A stretch of 64,000 bases of DNA from positions 2,046,001 to 2,110,000 of the forward strand of contig CM022675.1 in the NCBI GenBank assembly GCA_012295275.1, in the 5' to 3' direction. The DNA comes from Chrysomallon squamiferum (Eukaryota > Animalia > Mollusca). Made by a program: the position numbers and the translations under genes. This document shows, in pieces, positions 27,794 through 42,373 of the stretch. Numbering within the stretch: position 1 is the first letter of the stretch; every line of letters starts with the position of its first letter. Below the pieces are notes generated by a model. The model saw only the letters and a program-made list of their open reading frames with translations, was not told the DNA's origin and did no database searches.

Positions 27794-30700
27794 CTGACTG
27801 ACCATTGGTCAGTTTTGCTTCAGTTTCATTTCAGGTCAGCTCTACTCAGAACAGCATTAAATTAAAAAGAAGTGTCTAGATCAGAAGATCTTACTTTGTT
27901 TGATCTTTCAACTGAACTCACTTAAAGTAACACTATGAAAGACAAGTGTTCTGTAATGTCAAAACAGAAATGATTACTATTTCTAATGTTTCAACACAAA
28001 ATGATAATTTTATGTTCAGACTATTGATAAAAAAAGATTGTGGCATTTGTAATTTTGATATTAATTAATGCAATGTTTCAGATATGAGGACATTTATATT
28101 ATGTTTCAAATCTTATGGTTACATTATGTTTTTAACAAAAATTGTTACATCTAGTTAATGGAATGTCATAGTAGAGCATTTCAACTAAAAAGCATTATTA
28201 TTAATTGGTATAATACTTGGATACTAATAAGGAATTTTATTTAATAATATTCTTCAGCAGATAACAGAAACAGTATTTTTTTTTTTTTTTTTTTTTTTTC
28301 TTATAATGTAACATGAGAATATTTTAACAAACTTTAGAACTGATGAAGGTAAAGTAATTTTACAACATTTTAACAAACTGTAGAACTGATAAAGCTAATG
28401 TAATTTTACAACATTTTAACAAACTGTAGAACTGATAAAGCTAATGTAATTTTACAACATTTGAACAACCTGGGTGAATGATGGATCTTAGAGTCTGGAG
28501 TGTTACACAGTTCCAAACACAGCAGTTTTTTTCATGCAGATAACATAAGCCAAAGATGAAGAGCATTCCACATTTGTTTATCACTGATTGTTGTAACTCT
28601 GTTGTATCAAGAAACTGTTTCTCTTTTAAATCTTTGATATAACTGTTGTAACAGTACACAGTGTCAGCTTGGAAACTTATAATAATAAAACTTATATAAT
28701 TTGTTCAGATTATTTCAGCAAGTTACCAAGTGTACACAAACTGAAGAAGCTGATTCCAGTATATATCTGTACAATTAAATTATCTCAGTATATTTTCTAT
28801 GATTTCAGATTGTTTTTTTACTTAGCTTTGCTAATAACAAAATATAATTATAAAATAACAAACTTGAAAACAATCAGTGGCGGCTGACATATTCTCTTTT
28901 GTGGTGACATCAATTTTCAAACTGAATAATAAAACTGGAAACTCACTGAAACCAGGAATATTCTCAGCCCTCATAGGCCTTTTATTCATTTAATGAGTTT
29001 ATATATATACAGATATATATATTCTTTTTTTCTTTTAGATTAATAAATACTAACTGGCTTTGTCCAGATTGAATGTTGAGATTAATTGTAATAGTCAGAG
29101 AAACTTAACAAACTCTGTGACTCATACTCAGTTCTAATTCATGTTAGTCACTTCAGAGATTTTTATTACCTTTTCTTTCTAATTATTACAGTTTTGAAAT
29201 ACTCACTTGCTGTCTTCAGAATAGTACTGTACGCAATCAAATAGATTTTTTTAATTTTTATCTGTATAGATAACATAAACCAAGTATCGTTGATCTATGA
29301 GTTTTGTCATACATTTTAGAATTTCTTTTTTGATATATTAATAATAAAAGACTTTGAAAAACTATAAATATATGGTTTTTTTGTTTGTTTGTTTTTTTAT
29401 TTTGTGAGATAACGATGATGCAGATTATTTTTTTTTTGTATTTATGTCAGGATATGATGTGACTACAATCATAAAATAGCCAATTTTACAAACTCTACAA
29501 ATTATACCAATATGCAGGCATGCAATAAAACTATATCATTCATTTATATTTATTATTTTAAATGTTTTCTTTTACAATTTCTTTTAAATTTACACTCAAT
29601 TATAGTTATAGGCAGGGTTTTCAGAAACTGCATATTTTTCATTGAACTGTATGATATAAAATGTTAAATGCAAATTTGAATATTTGTAAAATGCTGCATG
29701 TCCATTCTTTAAATGTATATTTCTTTTAATTATGATTTGCATGTTTAATGTATGTATGGTTTATTATTATCATCAGCATGATAATATATGAAGTTATGCA
29801 TGACGATCAGTATGTTGTATGTTGATATGTATATCTGTGTGTATGTCCATTATTTTATATGATTGTTATAGATAAAATAGATTTAAAATAAATAAAATAT
29901 AAAACAAACATACAAAGAATAAATACATATTTCCTTCTGTGATGTTGAGAAAAATCAAAATATAAGCCAGTAATTGCTAAGAAAACCAAAAAATAAAATT
30001 ATAATAAGGAAATAAATTAAAATGTATATTTATTATAATGCTAAATAATGAAATTAAATAAATGAATAAATCAGAGGAAAAATATCCAGTTTAGTTATTT
30101 AATAACAAAAATAAAATAACTATACCAAAAAAGGTTGAAGTATTATTGGTTTTCATATCAGGAAATTCTCAACATTTGTCATCCAAGTTCTGCTAAGTCA
30201 ACAATCACAGCCTGCTTGTCACCTGTCTACTTAAACTAGATATAACTTTTATATTTAAATGTAGCCTGCATCACATTTTTACATGAACAAGATATTACAT
30301 ACCAGTTTTCTTCACAGTATTTGAATATGAAACTGATGAGCAGTAAGAAATATAGCAATTACAACACAATTGTCTAGTAGTTTTATTTTTGTATTATAAT
30401 ATTTTTTTAATTTTTTAATTTTACTGTGTAGTATTAATTAACAATGTATTTTAGAATTTTTAAAATTGTTTTAAAAAAAATTGTTTTGTTATTATTAGTA
30501 TTTTCTTAGATATACAGTGCATCAAATATATACATCATAATAAGATATTTTTATGCCAGCCTGCACTTTTATATTTTATAGGTAGCACATATGAAAACAA
30601 CAAATTATTATTACTATTATTATTATTAGTAGTATTATTATTAGTATTATTAGTATTATAATTATTATTATTTTATTATTATTATTATTTTTTTTTTATT

Positions 30701-31640
30701 ATTATTATAATTATTATTATTTTAGTATTATTATTAATTTTTTTTTATTATTATTATAATTATTATTATTTTATTATTAAATTTTTTTATTATTATTATT
30801 ATTATTTATTTATTTACTTTATTTGTTTTTTTTTTTTTTTTTTTGTTTCAGAACTTTACAATTAGGGAAAAAACTCCATTAAAATAGCGGCTTTAATACA
30901 GCACTATTATAATGAAGTTTTAATAATTTCTGAAATTAGCAATGTTCTTTTCTAATAAACTGTGAAACCTGATAGAATTATCATTTTATTTTTAAAATAT
31001 CAGTAAAAGTATTTACATTAGTGTTAATATGGATGTTTCATCTGAAACCAAGATTTGTTTCAAGCTTGACTGGTACATGATGCTGTTAAGAAGAGTTGTT
31101 TACAGCTAGACTGGTACTTAACATTGTTAACATGATTTGTTTACTGCTAGACTGGTACATAACAATGTCAACAAGCTATTATTTTCACTTAGACTGGTAT
31201 ATACACTGTTCACAATATTTGTATACAACTAGACTGATACATACTACTATTAACATGTTTTATTCTTTATTCACAAGTGGACTGCTACATCTGACAGTTC
31301 TGGATGTATTATGTTAAACAATAATGTAAGTCAACTTGTTTGTGTCACTGCAGTGTAACTTATTCTCTGTTTCATATTTTCAGTATTCTTTTGTATAACT
31401 TTTTGAAATGAATATATTTACAAAAGTACTTATGACTGTTTTTGTTATTCTTGTTGCACTTTTGTTCGTTAGATAAGAGAAAGAAAAAAAATATCTGTAT
31501 AATTTCACACATACAGTCCTTTTGAAAAACAGCAAAGCACAATATTGATAGAATATAAACATGCTTCACAATGCTAAATTAAATGACATCTTTATTTTCA
31601 TATTTGACTATAACGTGAAATTTTTATTTTATTTTATTAT

Positions 31641-31683
<43 letters not shown>

Positions 31684-33262
31684 TTAAAAAATAAATAAAA
31701 ACAAAAACCCTGTCTGATATGGATCCTTTCTCTGCAGGAGTTAGGATGATGAAGTGAAGTTGTATTTTCAGATAAGTGGTGTGTGCACTACACAGAGTAA
31801 TACGTTAATTCTTGAGTACATCTATCCACTCGTCATATTTCTTTGATTTCTTTGGAGAGAAAAGTTTAGAAAAGGTGCGTTAGTTCTTTCATCTACATCA
31901 TATAGCTCTCTATTTTGTGTGAAAACAATCTGAGAGAGAAAAGTGAAGTTTAAAAACAATTTAACAAAAAATGAACAAGGCTGAAGTAGTTTCGTTTAGA
32001 GCTGCATTAGACGTGGACTGTGAGTGCTGGGTGGAGCACAGACAGATTTCATCTACTAGTAATTTTGTGCTTTGCTAAAATGTCCACTATTGTTTAATTT
32101 AACTTCATCACTCATAATGACAGGATCTGTAAAGGAAAAAGTGTAGGCACAAACACAAACACCCATACACGCACACACACATGCACATACACACACACGC
32201 ATACGCACACACAACAACATGACACAACAGAAACATTGTAGGAAGAAACGAAGTTATTTCCCTTTTTTTTTTTTTTTTGTCTAATTTCTCTTTGTAGAAG
32301 AGAGATACTGGCTGTAAATGACACAAAGGTCAGGTAGAAGGAACGAAGCTGTCTCTTTCTTGTTTTTACTTTTCGGGACATTTTCATTAATTTCTATAAT
32401 TCTGGCTCGTGAAAGAGAATTACTGGCAATAAATATCACAGAATGATGAAATAAATCATATTTAAATGTTTGTACATAGTTAAAATGACCTACTACTACT
32501 GTTATTATTATTAAATTGTTTCTTGTCTTTTCCTGCTTGTTCTGTCTTTTTTCTCCTCTCTGATGTGTTTCTGAATGCACGCATTCGTTCACTGATGACA
32601 TCTATACTGAAAAGTCTTCTGCAAGTGTGTTTTCATCCATTTCCATGAAGTGAAGCTTATTTTAGTGAATGGCAATATTTAATCATTAGACAATTATTGT
32701 TTGTACTAAATGAATTCAAAATCAAAACTAAAAAAAAGAGAAAAGTGATAAATAGATTTTGTAAAATGAGCATGAACTGGTAACGGTATGGTAAAATGTG
32801 GGCAATCACTCTTCACATTAAATATTTCTAAGAATACTGACATTTCCCCTTAGATATTACCATCAAGATACAGAAGTGACTAGACAAGATGCACCAAGTT
32901 AAACGGATAGGACAGTACAGTGTGAGAAAACACAATAGAATCGCTGACAAATAGAGATTTCTTGCAGTCCGGATTGTCGACTGGTCGCGCTTTCACGCGA
33001 TATCGTTTCTGCCAAACTGAATGAACTCACAGCTGAAGATACAAAGAAAACACGAAGACTGGTTTAGAATTTCAATCATTTTTTGTATTATTAAAAATAA
33101 TTCAGAAGAAATATATTTCCACCTTATAAAATAGCCGAGAACGGTTTAGGAACAGTTTCGAAATAGGAGAATGTACACTTAAGTCAAAACTTCAGAATTA
33201 TAAGTTCATCAACATAAAGTGAATATTTGTTATATTTATTTATTTTATTACATCGACATTAC

Positions 33263-33416
33263 CTGGCTTAATATCGTCAATTTTATCTGGCACCGTCGAG
33301 GTCAAATCTGAAAATAATGAAACGAATTTTATAAATATGTTTGTCTTACTTGCAAAACGTTAAAAATGATAACTAACGTATTACAATTATGATGAAGATG
33401 ATGGTGATAATAATAA

Positions 33417-33459
<43 letters not shown>

Positions 33460-33678
33460 TTTGCTGCAACTGCTATTACTATTATTTTGATTATTATTAA
33501 ATAAAATATGAGAAAAAAAATCTACATTTTCTTACTTGTAGTAAACCCAAATGTAAGTTCTTCATCTAAAGATACAGCTGCTGATTCTGAAATTGAAGAC
33601 CCGTCTTTGAGGTTGATGTTGAACTGGACAAGCGAGGAGTCTGTTGAGTTGACTGTGTTTGTGATATTCTGTCCGTTT
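33263..33678 (-). pseudogene. Second copy of orphan exons 6' (33678-33536) and 7' (33307-33263)
   Basis: Matches 14446-14883, splice sites intact. Confidence 0.7.
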
Positions 33679-36600
33679 CTGCAGAATAACATTACAAATA
33701 AACACACGTAAAACATAATATCGTAAACAAGATTAATATTCACACTTTCAATATATACATTTTCTTCTTCACCATAACCGATGGTTTTATTTCTTGGCAT
33801 ATGAGGTCAGTTCATAAAATGTACGTCTGTCATACGTTTTCAAATATTAGCTGCATATTAACAATTAACGTTTATAACGTGTTAATATAAACAATTTTCT
33901 GCTAATGAACTAGTAAATAAAACTAAATGATAAAACACAAAGATATATATACATACTGCTTAAATTACGTTCAATACTATTTTAATTACTGCTTTGTACA
34001 CAGAAAAAATGCAATCTGTTTTTTCTTAAGGCTTTTTCTGAGAGTAAAATTTCGCAAAAAAAAAAAAATAAAAAAAAAATCTATTTCATTTAAAGAAATT
34101 ACAATTATAAGGAGCTGTGATCTTTTATATTAGTCTAACCTGAAATTAATAAACATGTATAACTTTTCGGTGTTAAAAGTTCTATTCCTAAAAGTCCAAC
34201 CAGACTGAGTCCCCATGTGTGGCACGACTCAGTCTACTAGAAACAGACATTTTATTTCTTTTTAAAACATTTATCACAATTAAATTTCCTGTGAATTTGA
34301 AACTGATGTAACAGTTCCTCTACACGTCTAGAACAGACTGTGATAGAGAGCAATACATACATTAATAATATGACACCACGAGTCTATACATATAAATAAA
34401 CCACACACACACACGCACGCGCACACACACACGCACGCGCACACACACACACGCACGCACGCACACACACACACAGAAGTATATGTGTACTGTAAATCAA
34501 TGCCTGAATATTGAAAACTATATGGACAATTCCATTGCCCAAGGAACAAAAGGAGAAAACTTACGTAAAATAATGAAGATTATTTTTACTGCTTATTTTT
34601 GCTTTGTCAATCTGAAGACGCGGCACGTAATTTTACTACTACAGACAACACAAAACAGGAGTATTAGGAATATTAAAACACTGACACTAAACTGGCTTTG
34701 GCAGTTGATTTCACTCAGTTTATAATGTCACAGCATCTGTTTAAAAAAATAAGTCAGTTTAAGGTAATTCTTGGAAATAGCTAACTAAATACTGGATTTA
34801 AAACAATGAGAAAGTCCATCATAAAACAAAAACAAAATTAAAAAAATCTAAATTGTGAGAAGATAATCATGTACTTTCTAACTCTTATTACCAGCCAAGG
34901 CAAAGTTAAAAAATACATCAATTTTTGTTATGTCTACTTGAGAGAGAGCAGGACACTTTAGCATTCATATAAATCAGGACATTTTTTACTACCACCGACT
35001 TATTTATTTACCATTTGTGAACAGAAAATGGTTTCACCAAACACAGTGAGGTCACCTGCAGCACAATGACGTTTTTACCCACAATTCTTCAGTTTTTAAA
35101 GAAAAAATGGACACCACGTTCATGAGGGAACGTGTTCAAAATAAATAAAGTTTGTGTATTCAACCTTTTCAGACTGGTCTCAAAAATTGTCATTTCAAGC
35201 CCAAGAAGAGCACAGAGTATTGCAAAGTAATTACAGATTTTATAATAAAATGGAGATTAATAACAGACAAAAAAAAACAGACATGTGTAGACAGAAGAGT
35301 AAAGAAACAGAAGATGGCAGAACGCGGAGCATGTTGAGAGCAGTGAGAAGAGCAGAGACAATACAACTGGATGCGTTCAAATGTGACAAATCCGTGGATA
35401 AAAGCGATCACTAATGAGCATTCACATTTCCACATACTCCTAAATTACGAAAACTGCAAGCACGGACAAAATCAAGTTTATGGCCATGACTGACATGGAT
35501 GACTTAGCGGAAGTGACTTGAGATGTCTGAAACACTGATTGAGATGAAACAATTTCAAAAGTAGTAGAAGATGCATCAACTAATGATCTACGCGTTTTCA
35601 TTTCCTCCTTATTACCCCTGTTTATGGAACACTTCTGTACTATACGTGCCAGTATCAAGACGAAATACAAAGTGCTCATTGGCTGCAATATCAAGCAGGC
35701 TTTTTACAGTATACATTTACATACTGCCTTGCCGCACTCAACTTTAATGGCACCTGATAATTTTGCACATTCCAAATACTCTATCACAGCAAACGATCCT
35801 CACTTCAGTGAAACCTGTACTCAGTTGGTCTGATGCCACATTTTAAAAACCGATAGAGATACACGACTTGAGACCCTCGAAGAGAAAAGCTTTTTGCGGA
35901 TGCCCCACACATGAGAGGAATTGATCGGATCCGCTTCAGTGTATCAGTATATCTATATCTATCCATCTATATCTATATCTATCCAACTATATCTATATCT
36001 ATATCTATCCATCTATATTTATGCGTTAATTTATTAGTTGACATCAAATGTCAAAATGTTGTACACACTTAACTGAAATTTATATAAGAAACATTGTTTT
36101 GCTTTGGCATACTTAAAAGTGTTTATGTGGCAGTATTGATGAATATACTAACACCTTATTATACCATTGTTTTGGCGACCTCCATTAGTCAGAACAAAAT
36201 AAGACAATGACACAATGCAGTGATATCAGTTCAAACACTCGTTTTACATCTTTATAACAACAGTTTGTTCTGACTCAAGAAGACTTTTGTAGTGAAAACA
36301 TAGACGACATATGCTGTGACATCACTACTACAGAGTGATATCTATATATATTAAACTGTACCATTTGTTTTACACTCAGTTACGACTAGCCTGCAGAAAG
36401 CAGGTTTAACATAATTTAAAATAATACCGAGCATGTTTACTTTCTTAATATCTCCACAGGGACACTTCAAGTATAAGAAATAAAGTAAAGTAAAGTAAAG
36501 TAAAGTAAAGTAAAATTAAATAAATAAAAATAAAACTAACAAACAAATAAATAAATAAATAAAATAAATGAGATAGATAAAAGAAAATTATAATAATAAT

Positions 36601-36936
36601 AATGTTAAAAATGATAGGGTTTAATCCGTATATTAAAAAAAAAAAAAAGGAGAAAAAATGATTTCTGAAGGTTAATTGCCTGTTATAAAATAAATATAGT
36701 ACAATATCATGTAATACAATGAAATAGCATGTTAATTTAACTTTGAGGTTTATGTCACAGCAGTAGCAACAATAACAACAACAACATAAGTAAAACTCAA
36801 TAAACTCAATATTAAAACAGCTGATATGTGTTTTGTTATATAGAGAATTTACATATAAACATTTGATAACGTCAGACGCATGATAATGTACAAACAACAC
36901 AAACATATTAACTGAAGTAAAGTAACGTGAACCTAC

Positions 36937-37032
36937 CTTGTTTCTTGTAACACTCAGAAAAAAAGCTTTGTCCTTACTTACACAGAATAAAACATAAAAC
37001 TGCATCTCACGATGTGATCGGCTCTATTTATA
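36937..37032 (-). promoter_or_regulatory. Putative TATA box, initiator and short first exon with donor
   Basis: TATAAATA (37032-37025); Inr-like gcAgtt with A at 37001, 31 nt downstream; AAG|gtaggt donor after 36937. Confidence 0.55.
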
Positions 37033-37131
37033 TCGTAAGGAGAAATAAACCATCTTGTACAATGAATAACTGGTTTTAACTATTGCAACATACATGAGCT
37101 GTATGTTTGTTCAGACTTATTATTATTATTA

Positions 37132-37195
<64 letters not shown>

Positions 37196-37408
37196 TTTAC
37201 TTATTTATTTATATAGATAAATATTTATATATATATATCTTTTTCTTTCTGCAGAGCTGTATATATCTTAATATAAATTATTTGCTATGAATTTACTTAT
37301 CTAACATTTTCACTTTCATTGTTATCTTCCACTCCATATGTCTGTCTCGTACAATTACATATATAATACATACATCAGCACACAACAAGAAAACCGGGGG
37401 TTATTTTT

Positions 37409-37650
<242 letters not shown>

Positions 37651-37768
37651 TCAACACTGTAGTTAACAATAACGTATTAGTATTAATTTTAATATCATGA
37701 TAACGATCAGTGTTTCTTCTCGTTCCATTTTTGATACGAAATATGTAATATCGAATAATAATGACAAT

Positions 37769-37800
<32 letters not shown>

Positions 37801-38042
37801 AAATGTGCATATTTGACTTCAGTATGCTGCCAACAACATTAACACACACGCGCGCGCAGGCACACATACGCTCACAAGCTAAATGATTACAGTTCATTAA
37901 CAATAAAAAGGTCACAAAAAAGAAGAAAAATAATCATAGTAGTAATATACTCAGTAATAGAATTAATAGTATCTGCGGTTTTAATAGTTGTAGTAATAAT
38001 GAAAGTAATAACGGTACCAAGACTGTTAGTATTAATTGTAAT

Positions 38043-38079
<37 letters not shown>

Positions 38080-38719
38080 TACATACATGTTTCATTTATT
38101 TTATTTTTATATATTTATTTCTTTGTTCCATTTTTTTTTGTTTGTCTTTTATTTTTTTTTTTTTATTCATTTATTTATTTACTTATAGTTTATAATTTTC
38201 TATTCTTTATGCACTTCATTTTTTTTCTATTTGTTTACTTATTTATTTGTTTGTCCTATTTTTGTTTATCTTTCATTTCGTTATTTATTTGTTTGTTTGT
38301 TTGTTTATTTGTTTATTTATTTAAAATTTAAATTTTGTGACTTTGTTTGCTTGCGTGTTTTCTCTTCGTCTGTTTAACTGAATATTTTCAAGATAAAATG
38401 AATATTTTAATGGTACACAGATTTTGTGAAAGGCAATGGAATACTGACAAAGTTTAAATTAAACTGATATAATACGTGTTGTGATGTGCTGTTATAATGT
38501 GAAGTGAGATAGAATAGATCACTGTAGAGTTTGGTTGTCTGACAGAAGGTGGGGTTCAGATATTTCCTCCATGTTAGTCATGCTCAGTTTTACTCGTTCA
38601 AACATACTGGAGGAAACGAATTTAAAAACTTTCGTGAATATCGTGCTAATTATATTATGAGAAACATCACAACTTCATTACGGAACGATGACTAAATGTT
38701 CAGTGACAAAATTCAAACA

Positions 38720-38930
38720 GGTTGTCTCGATGGTCGAATGGTATCGTCTTCAGACTTCGGAATTTGGTCGAATGGGTGTCTTAGGTTCGAATCTCGTCAG
38801 CAGCATCTGACGGGGTTGGTGAGTTCGTATTTCGACTTTGTCCTCCTGTGTCAGTGCGTTCCCGAATATTTTCTATGTGTAACGTATAATGAGAATTAAA
38901 TAAGCCAGACCACTACATGTAAATATAAAC
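38720..38930 (+). mobile_element. tRNA-derived SINE (tRNA-Arg-like head) or tRNA pseudogene
   Basis: A-box TGGTCGAATGGT (38731-38742), GACTTCGGA anticodon-loop-like segment, B-box GGTTCGAATCT (38784-38794). Stems do not close into a cloverleaf; 3' end approximate. Confidence 0.6.
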
Positions 38931-39598
38931 ATACGTATGGCTGTAAGTTCGGCATCCATAACTATATTCTTATATACATGAATGCACAGTGATAGAAACA
39001 TGTACACACAGAAAAATGGATGCATGCGTACATTAATACAAGGGCACTGCTTTTATCACACTGCTGCTAATTACAATGTAATACAAATGTTACACGTCTA
39101 AAAAGAAAGAACACTTCATTTAAAATCCACGCTTCAGTTAACATTTAACAACTGTGGGAGCGACGGCGCAAAATACAGTGCACTGACGTTGAAATGTCTT
39201 GAAAGAAAAAAACCATAATTACACATACATAAATATATATGAATTGCTTTTTTAACACAGTGTTGCTAAAATGTTACTCATACAAATATTGGACTTCAAA
39301 GTCAAAGCAGACTTTTAGTTAGTACAACTGATCTAACACTAAGAAAACTGGGAGTTACTATGCAACATACAGTACGCTGATTTTCAATTAACTGTTCTTA
39401 AAACACACACACACACACACTTCGCAGAGAATGGCTTGAAAGAAAGGAAAGATAATTATATACATCGTATTTGCTTTTATCGTTGTGTTGCTTATAAGTC
39501 AATGAGAGAGAATTGTAGACATTTAAAGAACTCTTTTAGTTTCTTTCAACACTTTAGTTAACATTAACAATGGTGGGTGTTACTATGTAATACATTAT

Positions 39599-39869
<271 letters not shown>

Positions 39870-39995
39870 TGTTTATTTCCTACCTTGATAACCCAACGTC
39901 AACGGTATTTGTCGCCAACGTATCATAAAGAAGCATACCATCAAATTTAGATAACAAGAAAATGGATATTTATTTCTTTTGTTTCTTCTTATTTC

Positions 39996-40042
<47 letters not shown>

Positions 40043-40229
40043 CTTCTTCTTCTTCTTCTTCTTCTTATTATTATTATTATAAGCTTTCTAATTAATTTTA
40101 TTTTCATATAACGCGTAATGTAAAAATGCGAATTAAAAAAAAAAAAAAAATGTACAGTTTGTATGAGAGGAAATTACGTCTTGACGTTGGCCACTTTGTG
40201 TTTTCAACTGATTTTCAATTAACTGCTCT

Positions 40230-40291
<62 letters not shown>

Positions 40292-40630
40292 TATGAAATA
40301 TAGCATCACTAGATATCAGGTGATTCTGTGTAGTTCTTGACATTGCGATGTACTCTATGAAATATAGCATCACTAGATATCAGGTGATTCTGTGTAGTTC
40401 TTGACATTGCGATGTACTCTATGAAATATAGCATCACTAGATATCAGGTGATTCTGTGTAGTTATTGACATTGCGATGTACTCTATGAAATATAGCATCA
40501 CTAGATATCAGGTGATTCTGTGTAGTTCTTGACATTGCGATGTACTCTATGAAATATAGCATCACTAGATATCAGGTGATTCTCTGTAGTTCTTGACATT
40601 GCGATGTACGGTATGAAATATAGCATCACT
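40292..40630. repeat. 64-bp minisatellite, ~5.3 near-perfect copies
   Basis: tatgaaatatagcatcactagatatcaggtgattctgtgtagttcttgacattgcgatgtactc. Confidence 0.95.
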
Positions 40631-40705
40631 TTTAATTACAATATTACTGCATCATTACTAACAATACTACTGCTACTACCAATACTAATAATAACAACAG
40701 CAACA

Positions 40706-40757
<52 letters not shown>

Positions 40758-41242
40758 TAATAAAAATAATAATAACAATTATAAATAAATAAAAATAAGT
40801 AAATAAAAGTAAAAATAACAAAATTCATACTGGAAATAACAGCATGAACAATCAAAAACCATGAGTTTATACAACAAGCCGAATCCCTAAATCTCAATAA
40901 AAGGAAAGGGGAAGAAAATAAAAAATAATAAATAGTTCAATAAACCAGTGAAGTGTTTTGTTTTCTAACATTACCAATAATAACAATTACATGTTTACGA
41001 CTTATCACCGAAAACAAATCAGATGAGATTCACTGCTACAAGCTTTATTCAAACTATTGTAAATATAATTAAAAAGTATTAATACAAAAAAACAACAACT
41101 AATAACTAAATTTCAAACATAAAAAAATAAAAAATAAAATAAAAATATAAAATCGAGCTATACGAGTAGCAAAGGAAGCAAGAAAAAAATTTTAATGAAA
41201 TAAATGTGAAGATAATAAAAAAAAAAAAAAAACAACAACAAC

Positions 41243-41277
<35 letters not shown>

Positions 41278-41296
41278 TAATAATAATAACAACAAC

Positions 41297-41344
<48 letters not shown>

Positions 41345-41475
41345 ATAAGACAAGGAACAAAAATAATAGGAAAAATAAAGGCAAAACGAAAGCTGAAAAC
41401 AAAACGTTTTCCTACTATGACAGTTGAAAGAAATAAAGCACTGCGTGTATTACAAAACAAACAAATGTGTGTGTG

Positions 41476-41554
<79 letters not shown>

Positions 41555-41851
41555 AAAATTAATAAATAAATAAATAAACTAATTAATTAATAATAGCACT
41601 AGTCATGAAAGAAAAGATCTAGAAAAGAATAAAATAGTAAAACATAATATTAGATGAAAACAAAGAAAGAAACAGAGAAAAATAATTACGAAAGTGTAAT
41701 GCAATTACCTAAATGCAATCATGGAAACACATTTTTAAACAAAAGCTGTTTTCCGTAAAATTTGAAACATTTTTCAAGTTCAATTTGCAACTACATTAAT
41801 ATGAAATGTTTCTCAAGTTAACTAAATGTGATGTTTGTTGACATCTTCCTT

Positions 41852-42009
41852 TTACTGATTGGACTTTTTCTTCCTCAGGAAGACGAACACCACAATCCCA
41901 ATGACAAGTGAGAAGATGATCACCATGACAACACAGAGAACAATCAGAATCGTGGTGTTGATACCAAATTGATCAGATCGTTGCTTTTCACCTGATGTCT
42001 GTGAGATAC
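41852..42009 (-). CDS. Exon 19: transmembrane helix and short basic tail
   Basis: ILIVLCVVMVIIFSLVIGIVVFVFLRKKKSNQ*; TAA at 41854-41852. Confidence 0.9.
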
Positions 42010-42342
42010 CTAGAATGTAGGAAGTTTTTATTTATTTATTTTTTTCAATGTCAGATGTTTCTTTTCTTTCTTGCAACTAATATATGCTAAAGAATGTCTG
42101 CATTTAACTGTTGATTAAATTTGACAAAACTAATCACAAATATGAGTTAAGTTAAAGGAAACAAATTACGATTACAGATCTAACATAAACTCACTTGCTG
42201 TTCGATCTTCATTCATCACGTCCAGAACAATATATGTTTTTCTGACAAGTTCATCAGACATTTCAGCAGATCTTCTTTTTCTCCCAAATCCTTCCTTGCC
42301 ATTGCAGTCCACCTAAGATTGACAGTTTGTTTGTTTGTTTGT

Positions 42343-42373
<31 letters not shown>

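Noticed and set aside
36445-37005. 186-aa ORF, the longest in the track
   Set aside because: F/Y/I/L-rich low-complexity translation crossing simple repeats; truncated to 109 aa in the duplicate at 18028-18357.
38720-38800. Functional tRNA-Arg(TCG)
   Set aside because: A and B boxes are present but acceptor and anticodon stems do not pair and the spacing is irregular; treated as a SINE head or pseudogene.
40292-40630. Regular 64-bp array resembling CRISPR periodicity (also the ~61-bp arrays at 20.1k and 44.8k)
   Set aside because: Whole units repeat with no unique spacers, no cas genes, eukaryotic context: minisatellites.
41044-41049. AATAAA on the minus strand as the poly(A) signal
   Set aside because: Plausible, but the hexamer is too frequent in this AT-rich DNA to call without 3' end data.
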